Made by a program: the position numbers and the translations under genes. From a virus: a DNA stretch of 64,000 bases. Under the pieces are notes generated by a model that saw nothing but the letters and a program-made list of their open reading frames with translations, was not told where the DNA came from and did not search any database. Below are positions 49,239 to 59,428 of this stretch, piece after piece. Position 1 is the first letter of the stretch. The number at the start of each line of letters is the position of its first letter. Location: the IMG/VR virus record IMGVR_UViG_3300008108_000016, positions 93,808 to 157,807 of that record. One strand, 5' to 3'.

Positions 49239-51062
49239 TTAGTCTCTTAACAATTTGCTCAATTCATCTTCAATTGACCCCAAAGAATTTTTTCCCTTAC
49301 TAAGATCAATATAAGAATCTCCTGAGATATCATCAGTTTCTAATAAGATTTTTAAATTGTCTTTTTTATTTCCTTCAGGTAATCCTTCAGGCCCTCCTGG
49401 TGGTGGGGATTCTTCTCCTCCTCCCATTGGTGGTGGAGCTCCCATATCACCTCCACCCATAGGTGGCATTCCTCCTTCAGGTGCCGCTCCTGCGGTTTGT
49501 GTGGATCCTGATTTAACTTTATATAGTTTATCCACAGTATCAAACATACCTGTATGTGTAATAACGGTTGGTGTATTGGCAAGTTCCGCAGCTACGGCTC
49601 TTTCTAATCTCATTTGTTGTACATCCAATTTAATATCTTCATCAGAAAATCCAAATATATGTTTCTTAGCCCAAGTTGCTGATGTTGGTGCAAGTGTGTT
49701 AGGTATTTCACTGACAAGATCTTTATATAGTAAAACTTTTTCTTTCCATACATCAACCATTAATAGGTCAGCTTGTTTTGATGGATTTGTTAAACCTAAA
49801 GTAAAGTTTTGTAATTCGTCCTCAAAACCTAACAAGAATAAATGAATGATTGCGATTTTATTCATTTCGGCAATCATACTTTTCTGAATTCTATTTATTG
49901 TTCTTGCAAAACGAATGTCCTGTAATGATAAGTTTTTCCCATCACCAACAACTTCCTCAAATCCAAGGTATGCCTTTGGGACTCTTAATGCGGTAACCAA
50001 TTTCTTTTGGATGTATTCAATATCGGCAATTTCCGAAAGATTTTGTGCCCCAGGTAAAGTTTCAATTGGCATTGTTTGTGCCGGATCTCTAACAGGGACA
50101 AAATAATCTTGATCCACCGCCATTTGGTTAAAACGTAAGTCAACATTACCTGTTTTTGAGTCAACAACTTGATCTCTTTTAAATTTATTCGCAACACGTT
50201 GTACATATGGTTCAACATCCTTATCGTCCATATTTCCAACAAATACTTTAAACACCCGTCTTTCGGGTGCTCTTGATGTACGATAGATTAACATTGCATC
50301 TTCAGATAACATTAATTGTTTCCATATCCTTCTTGCTTTTTCCAACATAGAAGTCCCGTATGGTAGTTTTCTATCATCACCTAATAATCTAAAATGTGCT
50401 ATTTCCCAAGAATTAAATTCCATATCTTTTGCTTTCCAATGGAACTTTAATCCTTTTGATTTTGGGTCCACTTCGGCATTTATTGATTTTGCCTGCATAC
50501 CTCTCTCTAATCTTTCAATCTCAATATTTGGTAATTGCATACAACCAACAATACCCTTTTCAGGATCAAGTTTTAAATAAACAAAATTATCACCGTATTT
50601 ACAAGTATTTCTTGTCCACATTGGTAAGTTTGTATTTATGTCCAATGTGTTGTTAAATAAATCCGCAAGAATACCTTTTATCCTTTTTGATTCGGAGTAT
50701 ATTTGTAGGATATATCCATCTTGATTTGCGGTGGTTGATTCTTCGGCATATATATCTAATGCTGTTGATATTTCAGGAGTGAACTCCATTGATTCATAAT
50801 CATAAAACGAAGCTAATCTTGTTGGTTCATAATAAACCGCTTGAGTATATAAATTGTTTTCAATCTTTGCCCATTGACCTGACAAATAAAGAGTTTGTTG
50901 TGCTTGTAGTTTTTCTACCTCATACTCTTTTTTATCTGTGGTTTTTAATAATTCTTTTTTGTCTAACTTATATGTTGGTAAATCTTGATTCAATAATGAA
51001 TTTGGCCCAAACGCTTGGGACAGTCTTTGCCATATTGTTAAGTTATTTTTATTTTCTTCCAT
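49239..51062 (-). CDS. Portal protein (T4 gp20-like)
   Basis: PYGTSMLEKARRIWKQL...EDAMLIYRTSRAPERRVF, DYFVPVR, IETLPGAQNL, ALRVP. Confidence 0.95.
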   Translation of the reverse strand: MEENKNNLTIWQRLSQAFGPNSLLNQDLPTYKLDKKELLKTTDKKEYEVEKLQAQQTLYLSGQWAKIENNLYTQAVYYEPTRLASFYDYESMEFTPEISTALDIYAEESTTANQDGYILQIYSESKRIKGILADLFNNTLDINTNLPMWTRNTCKYGDNFVYLKLDPEKGIVGCMQLPNIEIERLERGMQAKSINAEVDPKSKGLKFHWKAKDMEFNSWEIAHFRLLGDDRKLPYGTSMLEKARRIWKQLMLSEDAMLIYRTSRAPERRVFKVFVGNMDDKDVEPYVQRVANKFKRDQVVDSKTGNVDLRFNQMAVDQDYFVPVRDPAQTMPIETLPGAQNLSEIADIEYIQKKLVTALRVPKAYLGFEEVVGDGKNLSLQDIRFARTINRIQKSMIAEMNKIAIIHLFLLGFEDELQNFTLGLTNPSKQADLLMVDVWKEKVLLYKDLVSEIPNTLAPTSATWAKKHIFGFSDEDIKLDVQQMRLERAVAAELANTPTVITHTGMFDTVDKLYKVKSGSTQTAGAAPEGGMPPMGGGDMGAPPPMGGGEESPPPGGPEGLPEGNKKDNLKILLETDDISGDSYIDLSKGKNSLGSIEDELSKLLRD

Positions 51063-51119
51063 ATTCCTTTTAAAAAATTGTTATATATAATTTTAATATT
51101 CAATTCTAATAAGTCCATA

Positions 51120-51308
51120 CTAATTACTTGTTGATCCCGATGAGGGTGTTTGATTAGTATTTTTTTCTCTACTGTTATCTGGTAAAGATCCCTTTTTATT
51201 ATTGAACGATACCTCAAAATTTTTGGCACTTAAAACAGGTTGTCCCGGAACAATAAGGGATGATCCCCCAATTAAGTTTCCTGATTTTTTTCTTCTTTGT
51301 AATCCCAT
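51120..51308 (-). CDS. Small hypothetical protein
   Basis: Fills gap between terminase and portal; TACTTATA variant upstream. Confidence 0.5.
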   Translation of the reverse strand: MGLQRRKKSGNLIGGSSLIVPGQPVLSAKNFEVSFNNKKGSLPDNSREKNTNQTPSSGSTSN

Positions 51309-51320
51309 ATTATATAAGTA

Positions 51321-53084
51321 TTATCTGATACCAAATAACCAACCATAGTTTTCATAATCTTTTCTACTCTGTGAGGAAGTATCTCTCGCTCTATCTTGAT
51401 TATAGTTTGGTATAACAGGATTAAAATCAATTACATTTTTAACCGATTCATTATTATTTACCGTCCAAGATTCTAACATTGCCTTTGTTTGTTCAGTAAC
51501 CTTTTCCAAACTTGAGAAGGATGATTCCCCAACATATAGTGCCATTGATATTGACATAATTAGGTCATCATGATGTCCTTTTTGGTGATCTGGTCTACCA
51601 TTTATATAGACAAACGTATTCATTTCATTATATAAACGAGAACTATAAATTCTAAAATCGTGTCTCATTCCTTCCTCAAACGCTGCAATAATTTGAACAC
51701 GTTTATTATTAAAGTTTATACCAGGAATTTTATCCATTGCCTTTGGATTATACTTCCAAGTATTATTTAAATCAACTCCATCAATATACATATTTTTATA
51801 CCCTAACTCTTGAAGTTTTCTTGATGTCGCAATTCCCATACCTCCTGTAATATCTATAACAATAAATGCAGAATACATATTACCCCATTTATATGCCACC
51901 TCTGCAAGAACATCAGGTGGAATTTTTCCAATATATTCCAATACTTGTTCTCGTGTATCAAAATCAATAATTTGTATTGTTGAGAAATCCTCACTATCCC
52001 CACGAGAAACGTCAACCCCCATGATATATTTATGCCCAACAACTGGTTCTTTGAAAATCCATAATGAGTTTCCCATCATTTTATTTGATGGTTCTTTAAC
52101 CATATTTTCACGGATTTTTTGCATTAACTTAGAATCAAAGACATTATCACCAGATCCAAGGAAATTACATTCCAACTCCTGAGATACTTTTCTCTTATCG
52201 TACTTAAGTTTTTTAACCATACTCTCAAACCAAGCAGAACAAGGTTTATAACCTTTGTCCATTATGTCTTTAAGTTCCACATAATCCCTTGATTCAAATG
52301 GTTTATCTAACCAACTTATTATTTTTTCTTCACCATATTCTTCTTTATTTAGAAGATAGTGAATAATGTCATCTGTTTGGACTAAATATAAATCTTTGGT
52401 ATATCTAGGATCTCTGAACCAATACATTTCAGTGATTTTGAAATCGTTCATTCCACTACTTGCTTGATCATATATTTCATAATATATTGGATCATATCCA
52501 TTAGGTGTTGACACCACGATTACTTTACCTCCTGTAGAAAGGGATGCCATACAAGCTGCCCAAAAGTCACTATCCGCCTCAATAAATGCCGCCTCATCAA
52601 ATATTAATATTGTTGGGGTAAACCCACGAAGGGCATCTTTTGATGTTGCAACCGCCTTAACTTCACATCCATTATTTAACTTATAATGTTTTTGTGAATT
52701 TTTTTCCGCAGCAAAATCAATACCAACCCATTTAGGCCATTGACCCACAAAAGCCCTAATTTTGTTTGCCATCTCTAAAGACGTATCCAATTTGTTTGCA
52801 ATAATTAGGATTTTTTCAGGTTTTATTTTTTTTGCAAATGCCAATTTTTTTGATACCCAAGCTGCGGTTACGGTTGATACACCCGCCTGACGATATTTTA
52901 ATGCAATATTTTCATTGTATTCCTCATAATCATTTAATAATGTTATTTGATCAGGAAATAATTGTAGTGGGACGTATTGTGAAACCGTATTATCGTAAGT
53001 TTGTAAATATGTTTTTAATGCGTATGGGGTATCTTTCATACATTTCACATACTCTAACATTAGTTGTTCTTTACTCAAACTCAT
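51321..53084 (-). CDS. Terminase large subunit (T4 gp17-like)
   Basis: KYRQAGVST Walker A, LIFDEAAF Walker B, VSTPNG, GVDVSRG, HDDLIMS. Confidence 0.95.
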   Translation of the reverse strand: MSLSKEQLMLEYVKCMKDTPYALKTYLQTYDNTVSQYVPLQLFPDQITLLNDYEEYNENIALKYRQAGVSTVTAAWVSKKLAFAKKIKPEKILIIANKLDTSLEMANKIRAFVGQWPKWVGIDFAAEKNSQKHYKLNNGCEVKAVATSKDALRGFTPTILIFDEAAFIEADSDFWAACMASLSTGGKVIVVSTPNGYDPIYYEIYDQASSGMNDFKITEMYWFRDPRYTKDLYLVQTDDIIHYLLNKEEYGEEKIISWLDKPFESRDYVELKDIMDKGYKPCSAWFESMVKKLKYDKRKVSQELECNFLGSGDNVFDSKLMQKIRENMVKEPSNKMMGNSLWIFKEPVVGHKYIMGVDVSRGDSEDFSTIQIIDFDTREQVLEYIGKIPPDVLAEVAYKWGNMYSAFIVIDITGGMGIATSRKLQELGYKNMYIDGVDLNNTWKYNPKAMDKIPGINFNNKRVQIIAAFEEGMRHDFRIYSSRLYNEMNTFVYINGRPDHQKGHHDDLIMSISMALYVGESSFSSLEKVTEQTKAMLESWTVNNNESVKNVIDFNPVIPNYNQDRARDTSSQSRKDYENYGWLFGIR

Positions 53085-53109
53085 ATAATCTATTTTATTA
53101 TAAATATCA

Positions 53110-53140
53110 AAACCCCCAATTAATTTCTTAAAAGGGGGTT
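53110..53140 (-). terminator. Probable intrinsic terminator
   Basis: AAACCCCC...GGGGGTTT inverted repeat. Confidence 0.5.
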
Positions 53141-53160
53141 TATTGTTATTTTACGATTTA

Positions 53161-54513
53161 TTAAATTCCTAATCTACTTAAGATATCATCATCATCTTCT
53201 TCTTCGTCCTCATCATCCTCATTACCATAATATTTATCATAGTCTTTTTTGGCTTTAGACAATATTTCCTCAAATCTACGTTTAACTTTATCATTATCGG
53301 AAGGTCTTTCAGAGATAACATTTGACATTATATCCTTTAAAAATTCTTGTGCCGGAATTCCGTAAAGAATTCTTTCAAAGAAAGGTAAGTATTTTCTTCC
53401 CTCAAGATCAATTGTTAACTCGTCAGGAAGTAAAGATTTTAATTTTCTTACTAATTCACCACCAACCCTAAATTGCATTGGTTCATGTGAAAATACGTCA
53501 GTTTGAGACATTACATCCATAGCCATTCCAGGGTCTACCTCTCTCCATTGTTCTCTTGACGCAACAGATGCAAACCCTTTAACCAATTCGTGTAATAAAA
53601 TTGGAAATATAAGACCATTTGTAACAATCACATCCATTGAGTCTCCTTCACCACCTTCTTCATCTTCTTCATCATCAGACTCCACTGAAGATGATCCCGC
53701 AGCATTACCCCCAAGCATTTCAATTAGTTGATCATTTGTGAAATACAATAAATCATTTCCTGACATGATTTTGTTATAAAGAGGGTATAATCTAGGATCA
53801 ATCTCATCTAGTCTATCTTTAAATGCTTGATAACTAAATTGACCTCTCTTACCTCTACCTTGAATCAGAGCATTTATAATATGTCTTTTTTCTATTTCTA
53901 ATTGTCTTTGTTCTTCCGGTGTTAATTCATCAATGTCAAATGAGAAATTTTTTGGTAATTCCAATTTTGGTAATTTACTTTTTTCCATTCTAAATTGATT
54001 TGGGTCTATTTTCTTTTCATTTAGATATGCAACAACATTTATAAAATCAAATTTATATTTCGTCCCACCATCTTGTGTTTGAGTCTTAACAATTAATCCT
54101 TCATCTATTGCCTCTTGTAGTGTTATACTATATGGTAACCATCCTTCTTCTTTAGATGCAATCTCAACTGCCAAATCTTTTAATTGTTGTTTTTTACTTG
54201 ATTCAATAATTAAAGCCTGTTGAGTCGCTCTCATCATTTCAGTCATTATTGCTTGGGCAACATCAGGTCTTGTTAAATTTTCTGTTGTACCATAATATCT
54301 TTTAACATAGTCAACAACCTCCTTAAATCTTGTACCAGCAAGTCTCTCAACATCAGGAACACCACCAAAAGCTCTTGTTTTTGCAAATATACCTTCAGGA
54401 TCTGAAATCTTTCTTTCAGCACTTGGATCCATTCTCTCAGGATAACTACCGTAATCAATCGGCGCTTCTTTTACTATTCTTCTTATTAATTTTTTTAATT
54501 CCTTATCTCCCAT
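53161..54513 (-). CDS. Hypothetical protein (leader-like N-terminus, HELVK motif)
   Basis: Likely start MGDKELKKLIRRIVKE; acidic C-terminus. Confidence 0.55.
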   Translation of the reverse strand: MGDKELKKLIRRIVKEAPIDYGSYPERMDPSAERKISDPEGIFAKTRAFGGVPDVERLAGTRFKEVVDYVKRYYGTTENLTRPDVAQAIMTEMMRATQQALIIESSKKQQLKDLAVEIASKEEGWLPYSITLQEAIDEGLIVKTQTQDGGTKYKFDFINVVAYLNEKKIDPNQFRMEKSKLPKLELPKNFSFDIDELTPEEQRQLEIEKRHIINALIQGRGKRGQFSYQAFKDRLDEIDPRLYPLYNKIMSGNDLLYFTNDQLIEMLGGNAAGSSSVESDDEEDEEGGEGDSMDVIVTNGLIFPILLHELVKGFASVASREQWREVDPGMAMDVMSQTDVFSHEPMQFRVGGELVRKLKSLLPDELTIDLEGRKYLPFFERILYGIPAQEFLKDIMSNVISERPSDNDKVKRRFEEILSKAKKDYDKYYGNEDDEDEEEDDDDILSRLGI

Positions 54514-54517
54514 GATA

Positions 54518-55393
54518 TTACGATAATGCTTGTTTAATCCAATGGATAAAATCATTCTTCATTTTTTCTTGTTCTCCTCTTGGCTTTTCTTTCACACCAG
54601 GATTAGGATTTTTGAACGGATTTTTTCTTGTTGGGGTTTTTGTCTTTTCTCTCTCTTTTGTTCTTTCCTTTTCTTTGGTTCCTTGTTCTTCCATAGAGGT
54701 TTTTCCCATTGATGTTATTTTACCGATTGGTCTTTTCATTTCAATACCTTCTTCTTCAGAAAACATAGATACCTTTTTTGGGTTTTTCAACATCATTGAT
54801 TCTGACTTTTCAGTAATTGACTTTTTGAGATCACCTTTTGTAATTTTAGGGTTAATATGATTTGACAACATTTCAACAATCATATCTTCAAGTTCCTGCT
54901 CGTAATTTTCTTTTGTTGTTTTTTTCTTGTATTTTACGGTTTTTTCAGGGTGTTTCTTTTCAGGCATTTTTTCATATTGTTTTTTTGACGTACTCTTTGA
55001 GAATTCTTTTGCCATTTTACACCACTTACAATCTTCGGTTTCACATTTATTACAACGAGCCCAAAATAAACCTTGTTGTGCCTTTGATTCAAATTTTTCA
55101 GTCATTTCACCTTCAGCTTGAGTGACTTTTAAATTACCACCCTCAACAGAAACAAGAGTTTTTTTAGATGGATCTGTGGGTGGTGGTACTTGTAAACCTT
55201 TACCACCAGAAACCGCAGATACAGGTGCTTTATATTCCACCTCCTGTTTAACATTTTTTTGCCATTGTTCTTTAGTTTCTTCCTTATCAAATTTCTCCGC
55301 CAACAATTTAATTTGTTTTTCTGACATATTCATTAATGTTGAGAAATGGATCCCATTTTCCAATAATACCAAAGCATGATTCTTATTTTTCAT
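54518..55393 (-). CDS. Hypothetical charged protein
   Basis: KFESKAQQ...MPEKK motif with CxxC-xxx-CxxC. Confidence 0.55.
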   Translation of the reverse strand: MKNKNHALVLLENGIHFSTLMNMSEKQIKLLAEKFDKEETKEQWQKNVKQEVEYKAPVSAVSGGKGLQVPPPTDPSKKTLVSVEGGNLKVTQAEGEMTEKFESKAQQGLFWARCNKCETEDCKWCKMAKEFSKSTSKKQYEKMPEKKHPEKTVKYKKKTTKENYEQELEDMIVEMLSNHINPKITKGDLKKSITEKSESMMLKNPKKVSMFSEEEGIEMKRPIGKITSMGKTSMEEQGTKEKERTKEREKTKTPTRKNPFKNPNPGVKEKPRGEQEKMKNDFIHWIKQALS

Positions 55394-55793
55394 ATACTAC
55401 TTTTTTTTCAAATTCAAGAACGATATCACGTTCATATAATTTATCTTTAACTTCTTCTTCAGTTTGTCCAAACTTAAAAACAAGTCTTTTAATAATTGAG
55501 AAATCAATCCCATCTACTTCTTTCTCCCATCCTAATGCAATAACATCATCTGTTGCGTCTATAATGGAAAAAACATCGGAGTCTTGTACCAACTCCAATG
55601 TTATTTCACCATTTCTTAATACTCCAACTTTCTTAATATATTCAATATCAGGAGGAAGTGGATAACCATTTGCAGGTTTTGATTCCCAATTTTCCCCCCA
55701 TACATCTTCAATTGTATTGGAGAATATAAATTCATATATGTTGTCTCCCTTATAGTTTGGGCCTAATCCATTAATATAGATTAATTTATTCAT
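55383..55793 (-). CDS. Hypothetical phage protein
   Basis: Operon ORF. Confidence 0.6.
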   Translation of the reverse strand: MNKLIYINGLGPNYKGDNIYEFIFSNTIEDVWGENWESKPANGYPLPPDIEYIKKVGVLRNGEITLELVQDSDVFSIIDATDDVIALGWEKEVDGIDFSIIKRLVFKFGQTEEEVKDKLYERDIVLEFEKKVVYEK

Positions 55794-57151
55794 ATAAGTC
55801 TACCTTCAGGTGTAATTTTATATTGTTCACCGTTTAGATTGAAAATCAAATTCTTTTTGTTTGTTATACCAATAAATTCTGAATCTGTATTTTCCTTCAA
55901 AAATTTAATTGCCGATCTTTCTTGTTTAGTAGTTTCTGACAATCTTAAGATTTCGGATCTTGTTTCAAACAATCTTTTTTTGTTTTCTTCTTTTTTAATT
56001 GATTCGTTCAATTTTTTATCACCCTCCTCAACCTCAAAATATTTTGTTATGATCTTATCCACAACTGACTCACTAAATGTTCCATGTAAAAAATGATCAT
56101 CATCATAAGAACGTCTGTGTTTTCTTGCTCCTCTCATAGTGTAATCGTCTTCCTCTTCTTCGTCCTCAAATCCAAATTCATCTTCAAACTCATCAAGACC
56201 AACTTTTTTAGCCACGTTATGTCCATATACACTTGGTATTTTTGATTCCAACGCATCTCCTAATGACATCATTTCCGCCATTTCACCTTCAGGTGATGGT
56301 TCCATATTTTCCATTTCATCACCTTCTTCAGGTGCCATAGGAGATTCAACTTCTCCTTCCATTTCACCACCTTCTTCTGGCATTCCTTCTTCCTCCCCTT
56401 CAAAACGAGCAAATATTTCATCAATATCATCTTCATCCAATACAGAAAGATCCAAAGCCGATAAAATGGAATTTATAACATATTTCACATCATTTCCATC
56501 CAATTTTTCTTCTTCTTCTTTTCCGCTTTCATAGTCACGAATTTTTTGTGCTAATTTACCTGTTAACTTTTGGATAGTTTTGAAAGTAATTTCTTCTTCA
56601 GGAGTTTCATCTTCCATTCCTTCTTCAGGTTCCGGCAACTCATCTTCAGGTGTTAGTTCCATTTCAGGTTCTGGTTCAGGTGCGGGAGATGGTGCAGGTG
56701 CGGGAGATGGTGCGGGAGATGGTGCAGGTGCGGGAGCGGGTGCCGGACTTTGCTCATCTAAAGACTCTTCTTTTGTGGTTTTAAGATAATATTTCTTATC
56801 TCCCTCAAATAAAGAAGTCCCAACAGAATTTTCGTGAAGAGAATTAATCTCTTTTGCCATCAAATTTAAACGCTTAAGCGCTTGAGAGTATGAAGAATAA
56901 TATTTTCTATTCTTCATTGGTTCAATATATTCACTTACGTTTTCACTGATTTGTTGCTTTATAATATAACCCACTTTTTCTTTAACGATCTGATACGTGT
57001 TACCATCAGCCATTGGTACAGAAAATTCGGTTGATTTAGTCTCATTTACAGGATTTGGTAGATGCTCATTATAACGAGCGATTTCAAGTATCCTATTAAT
57101 TTTATCCATACCTTGTAGTTTTTCACTACCAATTGGTTTAAATCCTCCCAT
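55790..57151 (-). CDS. Acidic Pro-Ala-rich hypothetical (probable prohead core) protein
   Basis: PAPAP and Glu-rich segments; TATTTATA upstream. Confidence 0.55.
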   Translation of the reverse strand: MGGFKPIGSEKLQGMDKINRILEIARYNEHLPNPVNETKSTEFSVPMADGNTYQIVKEKVGYIIKQQISENVSEYIEPMKNRKYYSSYSQALKRLNLMAKEINSLHENSVGTSLFEGDKKYYLKTTKEESLDEQSPAPAPAPAPSPAPSPAPAPSPAPEPEPEMELTPEDELPEPEEGMEDETPEEEITFKTIQKLTGKLAQKIRDYESGKEEEEKLDGNDVKYVINSILSALDLSVLDEDDIDEIFARFEGEEEGMPEEGGEMEGEVESPMAPEEGDEMENMEPSPEGEMAEMMSLGDALESKIPSVYGHNVAKKVGLDEFEDEFGFEDEEEEDDYTMRGARKHRRSYDDDHFLHGTFSESVVDKIITKYFEVEEGDKKLNESIKKEENKKRLFETRSEILRLSETTKQERSAIKFLKENTDSEFIGITNKKNLIFNLNGEQYKITPEGRLI

Positions 57152-57241
57152 TGTTTTTTGTTTTATTGAATTATTTTTTATTATATAAATATATCATATT
57201 CATTGTTTGTTAACACAATGAATAATAATTGTTTAGTTTAA

Positions 57242-57976
57242 TTATTTTATGGACAATTTTTTATCTAAAAATTTGTCTCCAAATTTATATAGTTTATCTA
57301 TATATCCGTTTCTTCTCAATATTTTAAAAACCAAATTCTCATAAGAATACTCCCCTTCTTTCTCTAATCCACAAGTTCTATATTTCTTAATTTTTTCTTT
57401 GTATTTCTTCAATATATTTTTTGCAGTATCAATATCCTCATCTTTTACATTATCAATAACACCATCAATAATATCCATCCATTGTTTGGATTTATCTTTT
57501 AATTTTTCTTTATCAATAGTTACTGATTCTTTCTTTGGTTTGTTTGCCCATTGATCAAAAAGAATGGAATAAACCCCACTACTAAAATGTGCCTCAGACT
57601 CATCCTCAACATATAACTCAACATCATAATCATAAATGGTGATATCGTGTTTTTCGTTAAAGATTATTTTTTTCAATGTGAAGAACTCTTTATAAAGTTC
57701 AAGTTGGTTAGATGGGAATTGATTAAAATTGGCAACTATATGTAAATCTACATCCGAATATTTTGACCAATTATAATTAGCCAAGGATCCTGTCATAACA
57801 ATATCTGTGATTAAAATATCAACACCTAAAAAATCAATAAATTCATAAGCAATCTCTAATAAACGATCCCTTATCTCTTTATTTAATTTTGGATCATCAT
57901 CAACATTATCCCAAATTTTTGGGTTTAATGTTTTTTGAACTTTAAAACTAGAAATTATATCTCCGTATGTATCCAT
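57242..57976 (-). CDS. Pol-beta superfamily nucleotidyltransferase
   Basis: TGSLANYNWSKYSDVDLHI (GS...DxD), VELYVED. Confidence 0.8.
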   Translation of the reverse strand: MDTYGDIISSFKVQKTLNPKIWDNVDDDPKLNKEIRDRLLEIAYEFIDFLGVDILITDIVMTGSLANYNWSKYSDVDLHIVANFNQFPSNQLELYKEFFTLKKIIFNEKHDITIYDYDVELYVEDESEAHFSSGVYSILFDQWANKPKKESVTIDKEKLKDKSKQWMDIIDGVIDNVKDEDIDTAKNILKKYKEKIKKYRTCGLEKEGEYSYENLVFKILRRNGYIDKLYKFGDKFLDKKLSIK

Positions 57977-58006
57977 TATTCATAAATACCATACAAAATG
58001 AAATTG

Positions 58007-58249
58007 TTATAGTTTTTTGTATTTGAATGTTTTTGCGATTTTTGAACTAAAGAATTTACCTTGAGACTCTGACATTCTAAATTGAGTGTATAATTGGTGG
58101 GGAACCTCATTATATTCGTACTTGGCACCATTGTTGAACTCAACAACCAGTTTTTTTGTTATTGTGTCGTAAATGGTTTTTTTCAAATTACTTGAATTAA
58201 TCTCGTTTACGATTGTTGTTCCTGAAATTTCTTCTTTTACAATTGCCAT
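58007..58249 (-). CDS. KTSC-domain protein
   Basis: SSNL....YD.....L.VEFNNG..YEY..VP...Y......ESQGKFF...I. Confidence 0.9.
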   Translation of the reverse strand: MAIVKEEISGTTIVNEINSSNLKKTIYDTITKKLVVEFNNGAKYEYNEVPHQLYTQFRMSESQGKFFSSKIAKTFKYKKL

Positions 58250-58278
58250 AATTTTTTTTATAAAAACATAATAATAAT

Positions 58279-58309
58279 TTTGGATAATTCAATAATTTAT
58301 ATATCTTTG
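58279..58309 (+). promoter_or_regulatory. Bacteroidota housekeeping promoter (-33 TTTG / -7 TAnnTTTG)
   Basis: TTTG (58279-82), 19 nt, TATCTTTG (58302-09): perfect consensus. Confidence 0.8.
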
Positions 58310-58333
58310 TATAAACAATTAAAAATAAAAAAT

Positions 58334-58774
58334 ATGAAAAATTTTGTCTTCTCCTTGGTTATGTTGTTCGTTTCTTTTGTTGGGTTTGGTCAAGTGATAA
58401 TTGCAGAAATTGATCAATGGTCAACTTTTGAATGTAAGTTTACTGAAAATTACGATTCAATTGTTGGGGATAAAAATCTAACTGTTTTAGGTTATGGATT
58501 TGGTCGTAATACCCTAAAATTTGACTTGAGTGCCAAAACATACAAATTCTTTTTTCTTGATGATGAATTTTCATCAGGAATTATGGATTATAAAATTAAT
58601 AATGGTGTTTATATTTTTACTTGCAAAACAATTGATAGAAAAACAAATGAACCTATGGATCTTTTTGTAACGGTTAATACAAATAATATGAAATCTAATG
58701 ACCCATACGTTACACAATTCTATTCAGATGTTAACACAAATAAATCATATGGGATTATAAGTTATTTAAAATAA
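58334..58774 (+). CDS. Secreted/periplasmic hypothetical protein
   Basis: Start MKNFVFSLVMLFVSFVGFG-Q signal peptide. Confidence 0.65.
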   Translation: MKNFVFSLVMLFVSFVGFGQVIIAEIDQWSTFECKFTENYDSIVGDKNLTVLGYGFGRNTLKFDLSAKTYKFFFLDDEFSSGIMDYKINNGVYIFTCKTIDRKTNEPMDLFVTVNTNNMKSNDPYVTQFYSDVNTNKSYGIISYLK

Positions 58775-58798
58775 AAAAGGGTCTTACGACCCTTTTTT
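58773..58798. terminator. Bidirectional intrinsic terminator
   Basis: AAAAAAGGGTC-TTAC-GACCCTTTTTT between convergent genes. Confidence 0.85.
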
Positions 58799-59355
58799 TA
58801 TGAGCAAAAATCTTGTTTAAATTCAACTAGGAATGGGTTTGATTTAGTGATAAGTTCAGGACTTAATTGTTTTAATACGTTATTTATGTTTTCAGAACCA
58901 CTGTAAGTTTTATTATTTTCAATAGGGTTTGTAACAAATACTGAGTCGTCTTTAACCACTGATTGAACAAATCTAGCTCCGTACGAACAAGTAAAATCAA
59001 ATCGTAAATCAATACTATTGGATTTTAACATAATAGTGTAAACATCTGATGTTAGTTTACCTGTACTAGGATCCTTCTTACCCGGTGTTTTTGTTACTTT
59101 TGTTGTAAAATTAACTCCATCTGGTTGAGATTTTGATTTAAAAGTTAATTTAGATGTAGGATCATTATTTATTGCAATATTTGCAACCGATTTAACAAAT
59201 GCCGCAGGATCTTTAGTTCCTGGTGCTGTAACAGGAGTTGTGGGTGTAGTTGCCGCTTGTTGCTCCCCTAAATATTGTTTTTTGGTTGCGGTCTCATGCA
59301 TTTCAAGGATTCTTCTTTTTTCAGATTCATCAATATTAAATAAAGTTTTTTTCAT
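58798..59355 (-). CDS. Leader-bearing hypothetical protein
   Basis: MKKTLFNIDESEKRRILEMHE...YLGEQ leader, Thr/Pro linker; TATTTATA upstream. Confidence 0.6.
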   Translation of the reverse strand: MKKTLFNIDESEKRRILEMHETATKKQYLGEQQAATTPTTPVTAPGTKDPAAFVKSVANIAINNDPTSKLTFKSKSQPDGVNFTTKVTKTPGKKDPSTGKLTSDVYTIMLKSNSIDLRFDFTCSYGARFVQSVVKDDSVFVTNPIENNKTYSGSENINNVLKQLSPELITKSNPFLVEFKQDFCS

Positions 59356-59389
59356 ATTTTAAAAGATTTATATATAAATATACGACAAT

Positions 59390-59416
59390 AAAAAAAAATC
59401 CACCGTTTGGTGGATT
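59390..59416 (-). terminator. Intrinsic terminator
   Basis: AATCCACC-GTTT-GGTGGATT with A-tract. Confidence 0.75.
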
Positions 59417-59428
59417 CAAAGGTCAAAA

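Noticed and set aside
51321-53084. Intein or intron in terminase, portal or capsid genes
   Set aside because: ORFs are continuous, of ordinary length, with no intein terminal motifs seen.
53560-53620. HELVK as a zinc metalloprotease motif
   Set aside because: The second His of HExxH is absent.
57197-57224. 10-bp inverted repeat TATTCATTGT/ACAATGAATA
   Set aside because: Weak AT-rich hairpin without a clear U-tract; function not supportable.
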